DNA of 63,811 bases, filler included, from Nemertoderma westbladi (lineage: Eukaryota; Animalia; Xenacoelomorpha), in NCBI GenBank assembly GCA_032718475.1. It is 3 parts of 3 records of this genome, joined end to end, with 100 filler letters (N's around TTAATTAATTAA, not from the genome) between each part and the next. Parts side by side here need not be neighbours in the genome. Positions count along the whole stretch, not along the records: positions 22,990 to 54,571 come from JAUCBJ010007540.1; positions 54,672 to 63,811 come from JAUCBJ010008500.1; 1 more part is not named here. One strand, given 5' to 3'. The notes under the pieces are model-generated. The model was not told where the DNA came from. It made no database searches and saw only the letters and a program-made list of their open reading frames with translations. This document shows positions 46,801 to 57,600 of the stretch, one piece after another (the first letter of the stretch is position 1; the number at the start of each line of letters is the position of its first letter). The translations under genes and the position numbers were made by a program.

Positions 46801-49800
46801 ACAAGGAGATCTTCTGCAACAAGGGGATCTCCTGCAACAAGGAGATCTACTGCGACAAGGGATCTCCTGCGACAAGGAGATCTCATGCGACAAGAAGATC
46901 TACTGCGACAAATGATCTCCTGCGACAAGGGGATATCATGCGACAAGGGGTTATCCTGCGACAAGGAGATCTACTGCGACAAGTTATCTCCTGCGACAAA
47001 TGATCTCCTGCGACAAGGGGATATAATGCGACAAGGGGTTCTCCTGCGACAAGGGGATGTCCTGCGACAATGGGACCTCCTGCGATAAGGATATCTCCTG
47101 CGACAAGGAGATTACTGCGACAAGGGATCTCCTGCAACAAGGATCTCCTGCGACAAGGAGATCTACTGCGACAAGGAGATCTACTGCGACAAGGGATCTC
47201 TTGCGACAAGGAGATATCCTGCAACAAGGAGATCTACTGCGACAAGGGATCTCCTGCAACAAGGTGCAACAAGGATCTCATGCAGCAAGGGGATCTACTG
47301 TGACAAGGGAATCTCCTGTGACTTCTGCTCCAAGAGAATATCCTGCGACAAGGGATCTCCTGCAGCAAGGAGATCTACTGCGACAAGGGATCTCCTGCAA
47401 CAAGTATCTTATGCAGCAAGAGGATCTCCTGTGACAAGGAGATTTCATGCGACTAGGGATCTCCCTGCAACAAGGAGATCTCATGCGACAAGGAGATCTC
47501 CTGCGACAAGAGATCTCCTGCAACAAGGATCTCATGCAGCAAGATGATCTCCTGTGACAAGGGGATCTCCTGTGACTTCTGCTCCAAGAGAATATCCTGC
47601 GACTAGGGATCTCCTGCAGCAAGAAGATCTACTGCGACAAGGGATCTCCTGCAACAAGGATCTCATGCAGCAAGAGGATCTGCTGTGACAAGGGGATCTC
47701 CTCTGACAAGGAGATCTACTGCGACAAGGGATCTCCTGCGACAAGGAGATCTACTGCGACAAGGGGATCTCGTGCAACAAGGGGATCTCATGCAACAAGA
47801 GATCTCCTGCGAGAAGGAGATCTCATGCGACAAGCTATCTCCTGCAACAAGGATCTCATGCAGCAAGAGGATCTCATTTGACAAGGGGATCTCCTGTGAC
47901 TTCTGATCCAAGAGAATATCTTGCGACTAGGGATCCCCTGCAGCAAGGAGATCTACTGCGACAAGGGATCTCCTGCAACAAGTATCTTATGCAGCAAGGG
48001 GATCTCCTGTGACAAGGAGATCTCCTGTGACAAGGAGATTTCATGCGACAAGGGATCTCCCTGCAACAAGGAGATCTCCTGCGACAAGGAGATCTCATGC
48101 GACAAGCTATCTCCTGCAACAAGGTGCAACAAGGATCTCATGCAGCAAGGGGATCTACTGTGACAAGGGAATCTCCTGTGACTTCTGCTCCAAGAGAATA
48201 TCCTGCGACAAGGGATCTCCTGCAGCAAGGAGATCTACTGCGACAAGGGATCTCCTGCAACAAGTATCTTATGCAGCAAGAGGATCTCCTGTGACAAGGA
48301 GATCTCCTGTGACAAGGAGATTTCATGCGACTAGGGATCTCCCTGCAACAATGAGATCTCCTGCGACAAGGAGATCTCATGCGACAAGCTATCTCCTGCA
48401 ACAAGGATCTCATGCAGCAAGAGGATCTCATTTGACAAGGGGATCTCCTGCTGCTCCAAGAGAATATCTTGCGACTAGGGATCTCCTGCAGCAAGGAGAT
48501 CTACTGCGACAAGGGATCTCCTGCAACAAGTATCTTATGCAGCAAGAGGATCTCCTGTGACAAGGAGATCTCCTGTGACAAGGAGATTTCATGCGACTAG
48601 GGATCTCCCTGCAACAAGGAGATCTCCTGCGACAAGGAGATCTCCTGCGACAAGAGATCTCCTGCAACAAGGATCTCATGCAGCAAGATGATCTCCTGTG
48701 ACAAGGGGATCTCCTGTGACTTCTGCTCCAAGAGAATATCCTGCGACTAGGGATCTCCTGCAGCAAGAATATCTACTGGGACAAGGGATCTCCTGCAACA
48801 AGGATCTCATGCAGCAAGAGGATCTGCTGTGACAAGGGGATCTCCTCTGACAAGGAGATCTACTGCGACAAGGGATCTCCTGCGACAAGGAGATCTACTG
48901 CGACAAGGGGATCTCATGCAACAAGGGGATATCATGCAACAAGAGATCTCCTGCGACAAGGAGATCTTCTGCAACAAGGGGATCTCCTGCGACAAGGAGA
49001 TCTACTGCAACAAGGGATCACCTGCAACAAGGAGATCTACTGCGACAAGGGGATCTCCTGCAACAAGAGATCTCCTGCGACAAGGAGATCTTCTGCAACA
49101 AGGGGATCTCCTGCGACAAGGAGATCTACTGCGACAAGGGATCTCCTGCGACAAGGAGATCTCCTGCAAAAAGGAGATCTACTGCGGCAAGGGAATCTCC
49201 TGCAACAAGAGATCTCCTGCGACAAGGAGATCTTCTGCAACAAGGGGATCTCCTGGAACAAGGAGATCTACTGCGACAAGGGATCTCCTGCGACAAGGAG
49301 ATCTCCTGCGACAAGAAGATCTACTGCGACAAATGATCTCCTGCGACAAGGGGATATCATGCGACAAGGGGTTCTCCTGCGACAAGGAGATCTACTGCGA
49401 CAAGTTATCTCCTGCGACAAGTGATCTCCTGCGACAAGAGGATATAATGCGACAAGGGGTTCTCCTGCGACAAGGGGATATCCTGCGACAATGGGACCTC
49501 CTGCGATAAGGATATCTCCTGCGACAAGGAGATTACTGCGACAAGGGATCTCCTGCAACAAGGATCTCCTGCGACAAGGAGATCTACTGCGACAAGGAGA
49601 TCTACTGCGACAAGGGATCACCTGCAACAAGGAGATCTACTGCGACAAGGGGATCTCCTGCAACAAGAGATCTCCTGCGACAAGGAGATCTTCTGCAACA
49701 AGGGGATCTCCTGCGATAAGGAGATCTACTGCGACAAGGGATCTCCTGCGACAACGAGATCTACTGCGACAAGGGGATCTCCTGCAACAAGAGATCTCCT

Positions 49801-51033
49801 GCGACAAGGAGATCTCCTGCGACAAGGAGATCTCCTGCGACAAGGAGATATCCTGCGAGATTACTGCGACAAGGGATCTCCTGCAACAAGGATCTCCTGC
49901 GACAAGGATCTCCTGCGACAAGGGGGTCTCCTGCGGCAAGGATCTCCTGCGACAAGGGATATCCTGCGTCAAGGTGATCTCCTGCAACAAGTGGATCTCC
50001 TGCGACAAGGAGATTACTGCGACAAGGGATCTCCTGCAACAAGGATTTCCTGCGACAAGGGATCTCCTGCGACAAGGAGATTACTGCGACAAGGGATCTC
50101 CTGCAACAAGGATTTCCTGCGACAAGGGATCTCATGCGTCAAGGGAATCTCCTGCGACAAGGAGATCTCCTGCAACAAAGAGATCTCCTGCGACAAGTGA
50201 TCTCCATCAACAAGGATCTCCTGCAGCAAGGGATCTCCTGCGACAAGGGATCTCCTTCAACAAGGATCTCCTGCAGCAAGGGGATCTACTGCGATAAGGG
50301 ATCTCATGCAACAAGGAGATGATGCAGCAAGGAGATCTCCTGCGACAAGGAGATCTCCTGCAACACAGATATCTCGTGCAACAAGGGATCTACAGCGACA
50401 AGAGATCTCCTTCAACAAGGATTTCCTACAGCAAGGGGATCTACTGCGACAAGGGATCTCATGCAACAAGGAGATGCTGCAGCAAGAAGATCTCCTGCTA
50501 CAAGGAGATCTCCTGCAACAAGGAGATCTCCTGCGACAAGGGATCTACTGCGACAAGGAGATCTCCTGCGACAAGGAGATCTCCTGCGGCAAGTGGATCT
50601 CCTGCGGCAAGGAGATCTCCTGCGACAAGGAGATCTCCTGCGACAAGGGATCTATTGCGACAAGGGATCTCCTTCAACAAGGATCTTCTGCAGCAAGGGT
50701 TCTACTGCGACCATGGATCTCATGCAACAAGGAAATCCTGCAATAAGGAGATCTCCTGCGACAAGGAGTTCTACTGCGACAGGGGAACCCCTGCGACTAG
50801 GGGATCTCCTGCCGCAAGGAGATCTCCTGCGACAAGGAGTTCTACTGCGACAGGGGAACCCCTGCGTCAAGGAGATCTCCTGCGGCAAGGGGATCTCCTG
50901 CGACAAGGAGATCTCCTGCGACAAGGGGATCTCCTGCGACAAGGGGATCTCCCACGACAAGGAGATCTCCTGCGACAAGGGGATCTCCCACGACAAGGAG
51001 ATCTCCTGCGACAAGGGATCTACTGTGACAAGG
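34879..51033. repeat. 16-kb satellite of 17-18-bp units with higher-order repeats
   Basis: Unit CAAGGAGATCTCCTGCGA with the palindromic core GGAGATCTCC. Identical ORF translations recur at offsets of 1582, 3051 and 3123 bp. Confidence 0.98.
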
Positions 51034-51428
51034 AGGAAACTTGTCCATGTCCGGAAGATATGTTTCGGTTCGTCAATGGATCCAACGGATATTACCATTC
51101 TTGTATACCAGGGAGTTGGAGGTGTGATGGTTTGGATCACTGCTCGGATGGTGCAGATGTATCCGGATGTGATGAAGGACCTTCCACTGCTTCATATAAT
51201 CAAACATGTTCTGAGAACGAGTTAATATGTAGCAGTTATGGTTGACCCCCATATGGTAATTGTGTTGATTATGAAGCCCATCAATGCTATACATGCCCTG
51301 ATGATAAGTTTATGTGCCAAAAGGGATCCTTCTACACATATTCTAATCCCTGCATAACAGTTTATTGGATATGTGATGGTTTGGATGACTGTTTAGATGG
51401 AGAAGATGAAAATTTTGCTGAAATATGA
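51034..51428 (+). pseudogene. LDL-receptor class A repeat coding fragment (two near-complete modules and one partial)
   Basis: CPEDMFRF...CIPGSWRCDGLDHCSDGADVSGC, then TCSENELICSSYG*PPYGNCV, then in the same frame TCPDDKFMC...[20 protein letters not shown]. Contains an internal TGA and has lost Cys/Glu residues. Confidence 0.85.
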
Positions 51429-52652
51429 TGGTTCCTATTTACTGTGGCTGTCCTATACGGTTGTGGTGAGGGGGTTGTGATTGTTCCTATTTACTGTGGC
51501 TGTCTTATACGGTTGTGGTGCTGGGGTTGTGATGGTTCCTATTTACTGTGGCTGTCCTATACGGTTGTGGTGATGGGGTTGCGATGGTTCCTATTTACTG
51601 TGGCTGTCCTATACGGTTGTGGTGAGGGGGTTGTGATGGTTCCTATTTACTGTGGCTGTCCTATACGGTTGTGGTGATGGGGTTGTGATGGTTCCTATTT
51701 ACTGTGGCTGTCCTATACGGTTGTGGTGATGGGGTTGTGATGGTTCCTATTTACTGTGGCTGTCCTATACGGTTGTGGTTTACTGTGGCTGTCCTATACG
51801 GTTGTGGTGATGGGGTTGTGATGGTTCCTATTTACTGTGGTTGTCCTATACGGTTGTGGTGATGGGGTTGTGATGGTTCCTATTTACTGTGGCTGTCCTA
51901 TACGGTTGTGGTGATGGGGTTGTGATGGTTCCTATTTACTGTGGCTGTCCTATACGGTTGTGGTGCTGGGGTTGTGATGGTTCCTATTTACTGTGGCTGT
52001 CATATACGGTTGTGGTGATGGGGTTGTGATGGTTCCTATTTACTGTGGCTGTCCTATACGGTTGTGGTGATGGGGTTGTGATGGTTCCTATTTACTGTGG
52101 CTGTCCTATACGGTTGTGGTGCTGGGGTTGTGATGGTTCCTATTTACTGTGGCTGTCATATACGGTTGTGGTGATGGGGTTGTGATGGTTCCTATTTACT
52201 GTGGCTGTCCTATACGGTTGTGGTGATGGGGTTGTGATGGTTCCTATTTACTGTGGCTGTCCTATAGGGTTGTGGTGATGGGGTTGTGATGGTTCCTATT
52301 TACTGTGGCTGTCATATACGGTTGTGGTGATGGGGTTGTGATGGTTCCTATTTACTGTGGCTGTCCTATACGGTTGTGGTGATGGGGTTGTGATGGTTCC
52401 TATTTACTGTGGCTGTCCTATACGGTTGTGGTGATGGGGTTGTGATGGTTCCTATTTACTGTGGCTGTCCTATACGGTTGTGGTGATGGGGTTGTGATGG
52501 TTCCTATTTACTGTGGCTGCCCTATACGGTTGTGGTGATGGGGTTGTGATAGTTCCTATTTACTGGGGCTGTCCTATACGATTGTGGTGATGGGGTTGTG
52601 ATGGTTCCTATTTACTGTGGCTGTCCTATACGGTTGTGGTGATGGGGTTGTG
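51426..52652. repeat. 52-bp minisatellite, ~24 copies
   Basis: Unit TGATGGTTCCTATTTACTGTGGCTGTCCTATACGGTTGTGGTGATGGGGTTG. Confidence 0.97.
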
Positions 52653-52723
52653 CCAACTGTTTCCTATAATAAGAATCCACATTGATAGTCAAAAGTTTTG
52701 ATAAAGAAAATTTAATTAATAAG

Positions 52724-52933
52724 ATTGAATGAACAGTTGGCCTAGTTAACTAGAAGATGTTTTAGGCATATAGGATATTGAATGAACAGTTGGCCTAGTT
52801 AACTAGAAGATGTTTTAGGTATATAGGATATTGAATGAACAGTTGGCCTAGTTAACTAGAAGATGTTTTAGGCATATAGGATATTGAATGAACAGTTGGC
52901 CTAGTTAACTAGAAGATGTTTTAGGCATATAGG
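52724..52933. repeat. 53-bp tandem repeat, 4 copies
   Basis: Unit ATTGAATGAACAGTTGGCCTAGTTAACTAGAAGATGTTTTAGGCATATAGGAT, containing the palindrome CTAGTTAACTAG. Confidence 0.95.
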
Positions 52934-53171
52934 GAGTAAATATCGTACATAAGTTGCCTAATTGGTGCTAAGATTTAGTGATAGGATTTTATTATTCATC
53001 TAAGTAGCTTGTTGATATTCCTTTTAGTGGTATCAGGAACTATAATTGAAGTTTCCCCAAAGAAAAAACCATATTTAATTTTGGAGGAAACTATCATAGT
53101 TTATAATGGTGTAATATTATGGGTTTGTTCAGAAGTGGAAAAAATGGGAGCGCGTCACCGGGGGTTGAACC

Positions 53172-53217
53172 AGCGCTATACGCACGTTTCGGCCTAACAG
53201 GCCTCATCAGTAGCGCT
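53172..53217 (-). ncRNA. Type I hammerhead ribozyme, copy 1
   Basis: The minus strand reads AGCGCUA CUGAUGA GGCCU-GUU-AGGCC GAAAC GUGC GUA/UAGCGCU: full core, 7-bp stem I, 5-bp stem II and short stem III. Predicted cleavage after GUA, between 53179 and 53178. Confidence 0.93.
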
Positions 53218-53511
53218 AACCAGCTCAGCCACTAGCCCCTGACACTCGCAGTCCCACCTAATCCACTTCTATTGAACGGGCAGTCTTAAGTTGCAAATAT
53301 TCTATCTCTAACAGCGGACCTAACGGCCTCAAGTATGCTAGAGTGAAACAGGAGGGAAGTACAAATAAATAAATATTCAGCTCGGTATTGCTGCCAGGTG
53401 ATATTAATTAAATAAATTGGAGATGAGCTGTTGCAACTGTAATTAAAGGTGTAATATTATGGGTTTGTTCAGAAGTGGAAAAAATGGGAGCGCGTCACCG
53501 GGGGTTGAACC

Positions 53512-53557
53512 AGCGCTATACGCACGTTTCGGCCTAACAGGCCTCATCAGTAGCGCT
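53512..53557 (-). ncRNA. Type I hammerhead ribozyme, copy 2
   Basis: Same sequence as copy 1, offset +340. Confidence 0.93.
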
Positions 53558-53851
53558 AACCAGCTCAGCCACTAGCCCCTGACACTCGCAGTCCCACCTA
53601 ATCCACTTCTATTGAACGGGCAGTCTTAAGTTGCAAATATTCTATCTCTAACAGCGGACCTAACGGCCTCAAGTATGCTAGAGTGAAACAGGAGGGAAGT
53701 ACAAATAAATAAATATTCAGCTCGGTATTGCTGCCAGGTGATATTAATTAAATAAATTGGAGATGAGCTGTTGCAACTGTAATTAAAGGTGTAATATTAT
53801 GGGTTTGTTCAGAAGTGGAAAAAATGGGAGCGCGTCACCGGGGGTTGAACC

Positions 53852-53897
53852 AGCGCTATACGCACGTTTCGGCCTAACAGGCCTCATCAGTAGCGCT
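53852..53897 (-). ncRNA. Type I hammerhead ribozyme, copy 3
   Basis: Same sequence as copy 1, offset +680. Confidence 0.93.
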
Positions 53898-54191
53898 AAC
53901 CAGCTCAGCCACTAGCCCCTGACACTCGCAGTCCCACCTAATCCACTTCTATTGAACGGGCAGTCTTAAGTTGCAAATATTCTATCTCTAACAGCGGACC
54001 TAACGGCCTCAAGTATGCTAGAGTGAAACAGGAGGGAAGTACAAATAAATAAATATTCAGCTCGGTATTGCTGCCAGGTGATATTAATTAAATAAATTGG
54101 AGATGAGCTGTTGCAACTGTAATTAAAGGTGTAATATTATGGGTTTGTTCAGAAGTGGAAAAAATGGGAGCGCGTCACCGGGGGTTGAACC

Positions 54192-54237
54192 AGCGCTATA
54201 CGCACGTTTCGGCCTAACAGGCCTCATCAGTAGCGCT
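54192..54237 (-). ncRNA. Type I hammerhead ribozyme, copy 4
   Basis: Same sequence as copy 1, offset +1020. Confidence 0.93.
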
Positions 54238-54531
54238 AACCAGCTCAGCCACTAGCCCCTGACACTCGCAGTCCCACCTAATCCACTTCTATTGAACGGG
54301 CAGTCTTAAGTTGCAAATATTCTATCTCTAACAGCGGACCTAACGGCCTCAAGTATGCTAGAGTGAAACAGGAGGGAAGTACAAATAAATAAATATTCAG
54401 CTCGGTATTGCTGCCAGGTGATATTAATTAAATAAATTGGAGATGAGCTGTTGCAACTGTAATTAAAGGTGTAATATTATGGGTTTGTTCAGAAGTGGAA
54501 AAAATGGGAGCGCGTCACCGGGGGTTGAACC

Positions 54532-54571
54532 AGCGCTATACGCACGTTTCGGCCTAACAGGCCTCATCAGT
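54532..54571 (-). ncRNA. Type I hammerhead ribozyme, copy 5 (5' strand of stem I lost in the gap)
   Basis: The core is present and the sequence runs into Ns at 54572. Confidence 0.8.
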
Positions 54572-54671
54572 NNNNNNNNNNNNNNNNNNNNNNNNNNNNN
54601 NNNNNNNNNNNNNNNTTAATTAATTAANNNNNNNNNNNNNNNNNNNNNNNNNNNNNNNNNNNNNNNNNNNN
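54572..54671. other. Assembly gap (100-nt spacer)
   Basis: N44-TTAATTAATTAA-N44. Confidence 0.95.
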
Positions 54672-57600
54672 AAGACATTCTAATTTGGCGGGTTAAACTG
54701 CCAAAGGTCTGAAAGCGCGAACAGCCTACGAAATAAAGTAAGAGTTGTAAATAATTATATTTCCTTTCACACATTGGATTGTCTTATGTAAAATATTAAA
54801 ATAAGTCGTAATATTATAACATGGGAATTTCCAAAGGAGACCATAATGACGAGTTGTGTAAATTTTGTTTTTAGAAATAATAAAAATAATAATCGAGAAG
54901 GACCCGTCTCACACGTACATTGGTACTACTGTCCAGCTGTCCTGGGGGGAGCATACGTTGGACTAGCAAATCCCAGAATCAATTTATTGACGAACTTCCC
55001 ATTTTTCCGACAAACTTTGTGACAAATTAATTGACATCATTTATATTTTTTAAATGCAAAAATGTTTGTCTGTCCATTTAATTATAACAATTTGTTGTTA
55101 TTTAGAGCGCAAATATTTTCAAAATTTAGACAGCTAGAAGGCATTGACTGAGCATGGCGGGTGTGGACCCTAGAAGCTCTGGTGAACTCAAAGCCTTTCC
55201 TACCTAGACTAATCAGACTCTTTTAAGTTTCACAGAAGCTATAGAAGACTATGGTGCATTGACAATTATCGGCGTTTAATGCAGAATCATGAGAGAAGGT
55301 TACCGACTGAAGGAAGAGGTTGCATCATATAGGAAGCGACCGTTTTGGATGCTGTAGAAGTTGATCCAAAGGATGTGAAGAGTTTGAAATTTCGTTTCCG
55401 CTACGCTACTACCGTTACGATCGGTAGAAAACCACAACCAACCAATCTATTGGGCGCAGAAGAGGTCTAAGGTTCTCACTTTGTGGAATGTTTCCCTCCG
55501 GTGGCCCATCCCTCTGCAGTACGTATGATGGATAAAGTTGAACATGTGACCAACGTGTCACATTTGCGCGTTAAACCAGGATTAGGGTACGGTATCATAA
55601 CCAGAGATGACCAGCGTATGCAATTCCAAATCCATGCCGTGAGGTTTGTCGTGATTGGCCCCTTCGAGGTCCAGTTAATATTCCGCTCAAACAGGACATT
55701 CCGAGACAATTTGTTAATAACGAAACTCGGCATACTTTTAACTAATTTACAATGCCCTTGATAAACCTGAAGACCACTATACAAGATTCGTTCTGTATGT
55801 GGTATCCCGTGACCTATGATATCGATTCGCGCGCGTTTATTACAACTTATAATAATACTTATAATTATTTGTATTATAGTTTATTTTCAATCCATGAAAT
55901 TACCCATGTTCTAACCTCTAGGTAATTAATTGTATTTTATAATTATTTTAGTTTTGCTCGCGAGGGTGAATTATAACTAAGATGTAATTATAAATCTAAC
56001 AATCTGAATTTTTCCCATATTTCTAACAATATTATGTAAGCACAATGCATTGCTAATGAATGTAATTAACAAGAGTTATGGCATACTATTTCAACCAGTT
56101 TTGCAATATTTAACTATTAATTAGTACATTAACCGAGGTGATTTGTAAACCTATGAGTGTATTAATAATTATATGATAATTGAATCGAAGTTTAAGTTAG
56201 TTTTATTCGATATTATCTGCTCTATGATTCGATTGTTTACCTATATAATAATTGCTAACACTGCAACGGAAGTGTATTTGTGTATATGTTCGCTCGAAGG
56301 AAGTGTTATGTAAGATTTTATACTTGTTTATTTAGATATTAGTTAGTTTATTTGTAAGGTGATACGGTGAACACGGTACTGGAGGTTATTCGTTGTTATA
56401 GTAACACGACGTAACCTGGAGCGGTGTATTGATTTTGTGTCGGTACTTAATTTGCTATTAACAATAATTGCTTAATAATAGTAGAATTTTTAGGAAATGG
56501 AAATATTTGCCATGATTTATACTATATCACTTATGAATAGGAAGTGAAGTATATTTTTAAGAAACACCGAAGGATAATTTTATTTTTATCGGTATTAAGC
56601 CGTTCCTTTACTTTCGTGGCTCGCCCCACCATGTTATCTCAGATTTAATAAATTATTCAGTGCAATTTCTATATTGACCGCTGGAAGGCGTTGCCTTTGC
56701 TCTATTGATGGGACCTATACTCGCACTGATTCATGTCTTTAGAGGAGAAATACTAATATGTTAGGACAGGACCGGCAGATAACAATGTTATGATCAAATT
56801 TATTGTTTAGCCCTTCATTGTTGGATGTTTGCCACCTTTGCTTCACTAACATATGAATGCATAGGTTGCTAAGGGATACATACTAGTTAAGCTTAAATGT
56901 GATTCGATATAACGTGATTAGGTGTCAACGTTGTGGTATAAAAGGGCCCACCCCCTCTTTTGCAATAAGTTAGTAAGTTAGTCATTTAGTCAGATAGTAG
57001 GGCAGATTAATATTATATTACTTTTAGAAATATTCACAAATAGAATTTACAATCTTATAATTACCTGTATTTCGTTCGTGTTTGGAAGTAATTATTATGT
57101 GAATTTAAGTATCAGATTATACTATCTTGAGTTCTAACTTCAATTAGATCTTATTTTCAACAATGTTATCGGTTAAAACATTTACAACATGATGAGCTAA
57201 GCGTCATTTACGTGGGCCGGAAGGTTGGGAAACATGGATACAAGCGGCTGAACAACCATAGTCGCACGGATACTAATAGTCAAGGGAAGTCAGGTTAGAG
57301 TATCATTACGAGTAAATGGGAGAAACATTTGTCAGGTGTAGGTCATCAACTTTAGCTGTCTTACATTTCACCAGCCTTACAAAATTTAGGATACCCGTAT
57401 GAAAATTGAACAATCCGCACAGCGAAGCAAAAACACGCACAACGCAACAGCAGAAAATAAGCCAATAGTTATTTATAGGTAAATAATTCTATACCTCAGT
57501 TTAGCGTAGCCTTGGCAAGATATTATAGGAGCTCAATTCGTGGTAGCTATGCGTGAGCCGACATTTGATTGGTTGTTGGGTTCCAGGCAGCATCAGTTGA

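Larger units (their letters stand above)
53108..54571 (-). mobile_element. Tandem array of 340-bp hammerhead-containing units (non-LTR retrozyme-like or Penelope pLTR-like)
   Basis: Units start at 53108, 53448, 53788, 54128 and 54468 (the last is cut by the gap). They are identical by eye, non-coding, and carry one hammerhead each. Confidence 0.88.

Noticed and set aside
34957-51048. More than 100 Cys/Arg-rich ORFs (CDKEIS, RRSPC, QGDLLR)
   Set aside because: They are six-frame products of the 17-18-bp satellite, with constant frame switching. They are not metallothionein-, protamine- or keratin-like genes.
53009-53197. 62-aa ORF entering the hammerhead array
   Set aside because: It has a TTG start, crosses the array boundary and shows no recognisable motif.
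53291-53298. TTGCAAAT as an snRNA-type octamer promoter for the hammerhead unit
   Set aside because: It is only a 7/8 match in AT-rich DNA, no proximal element is recognisable, and it is already explained as part of a pairing arm.
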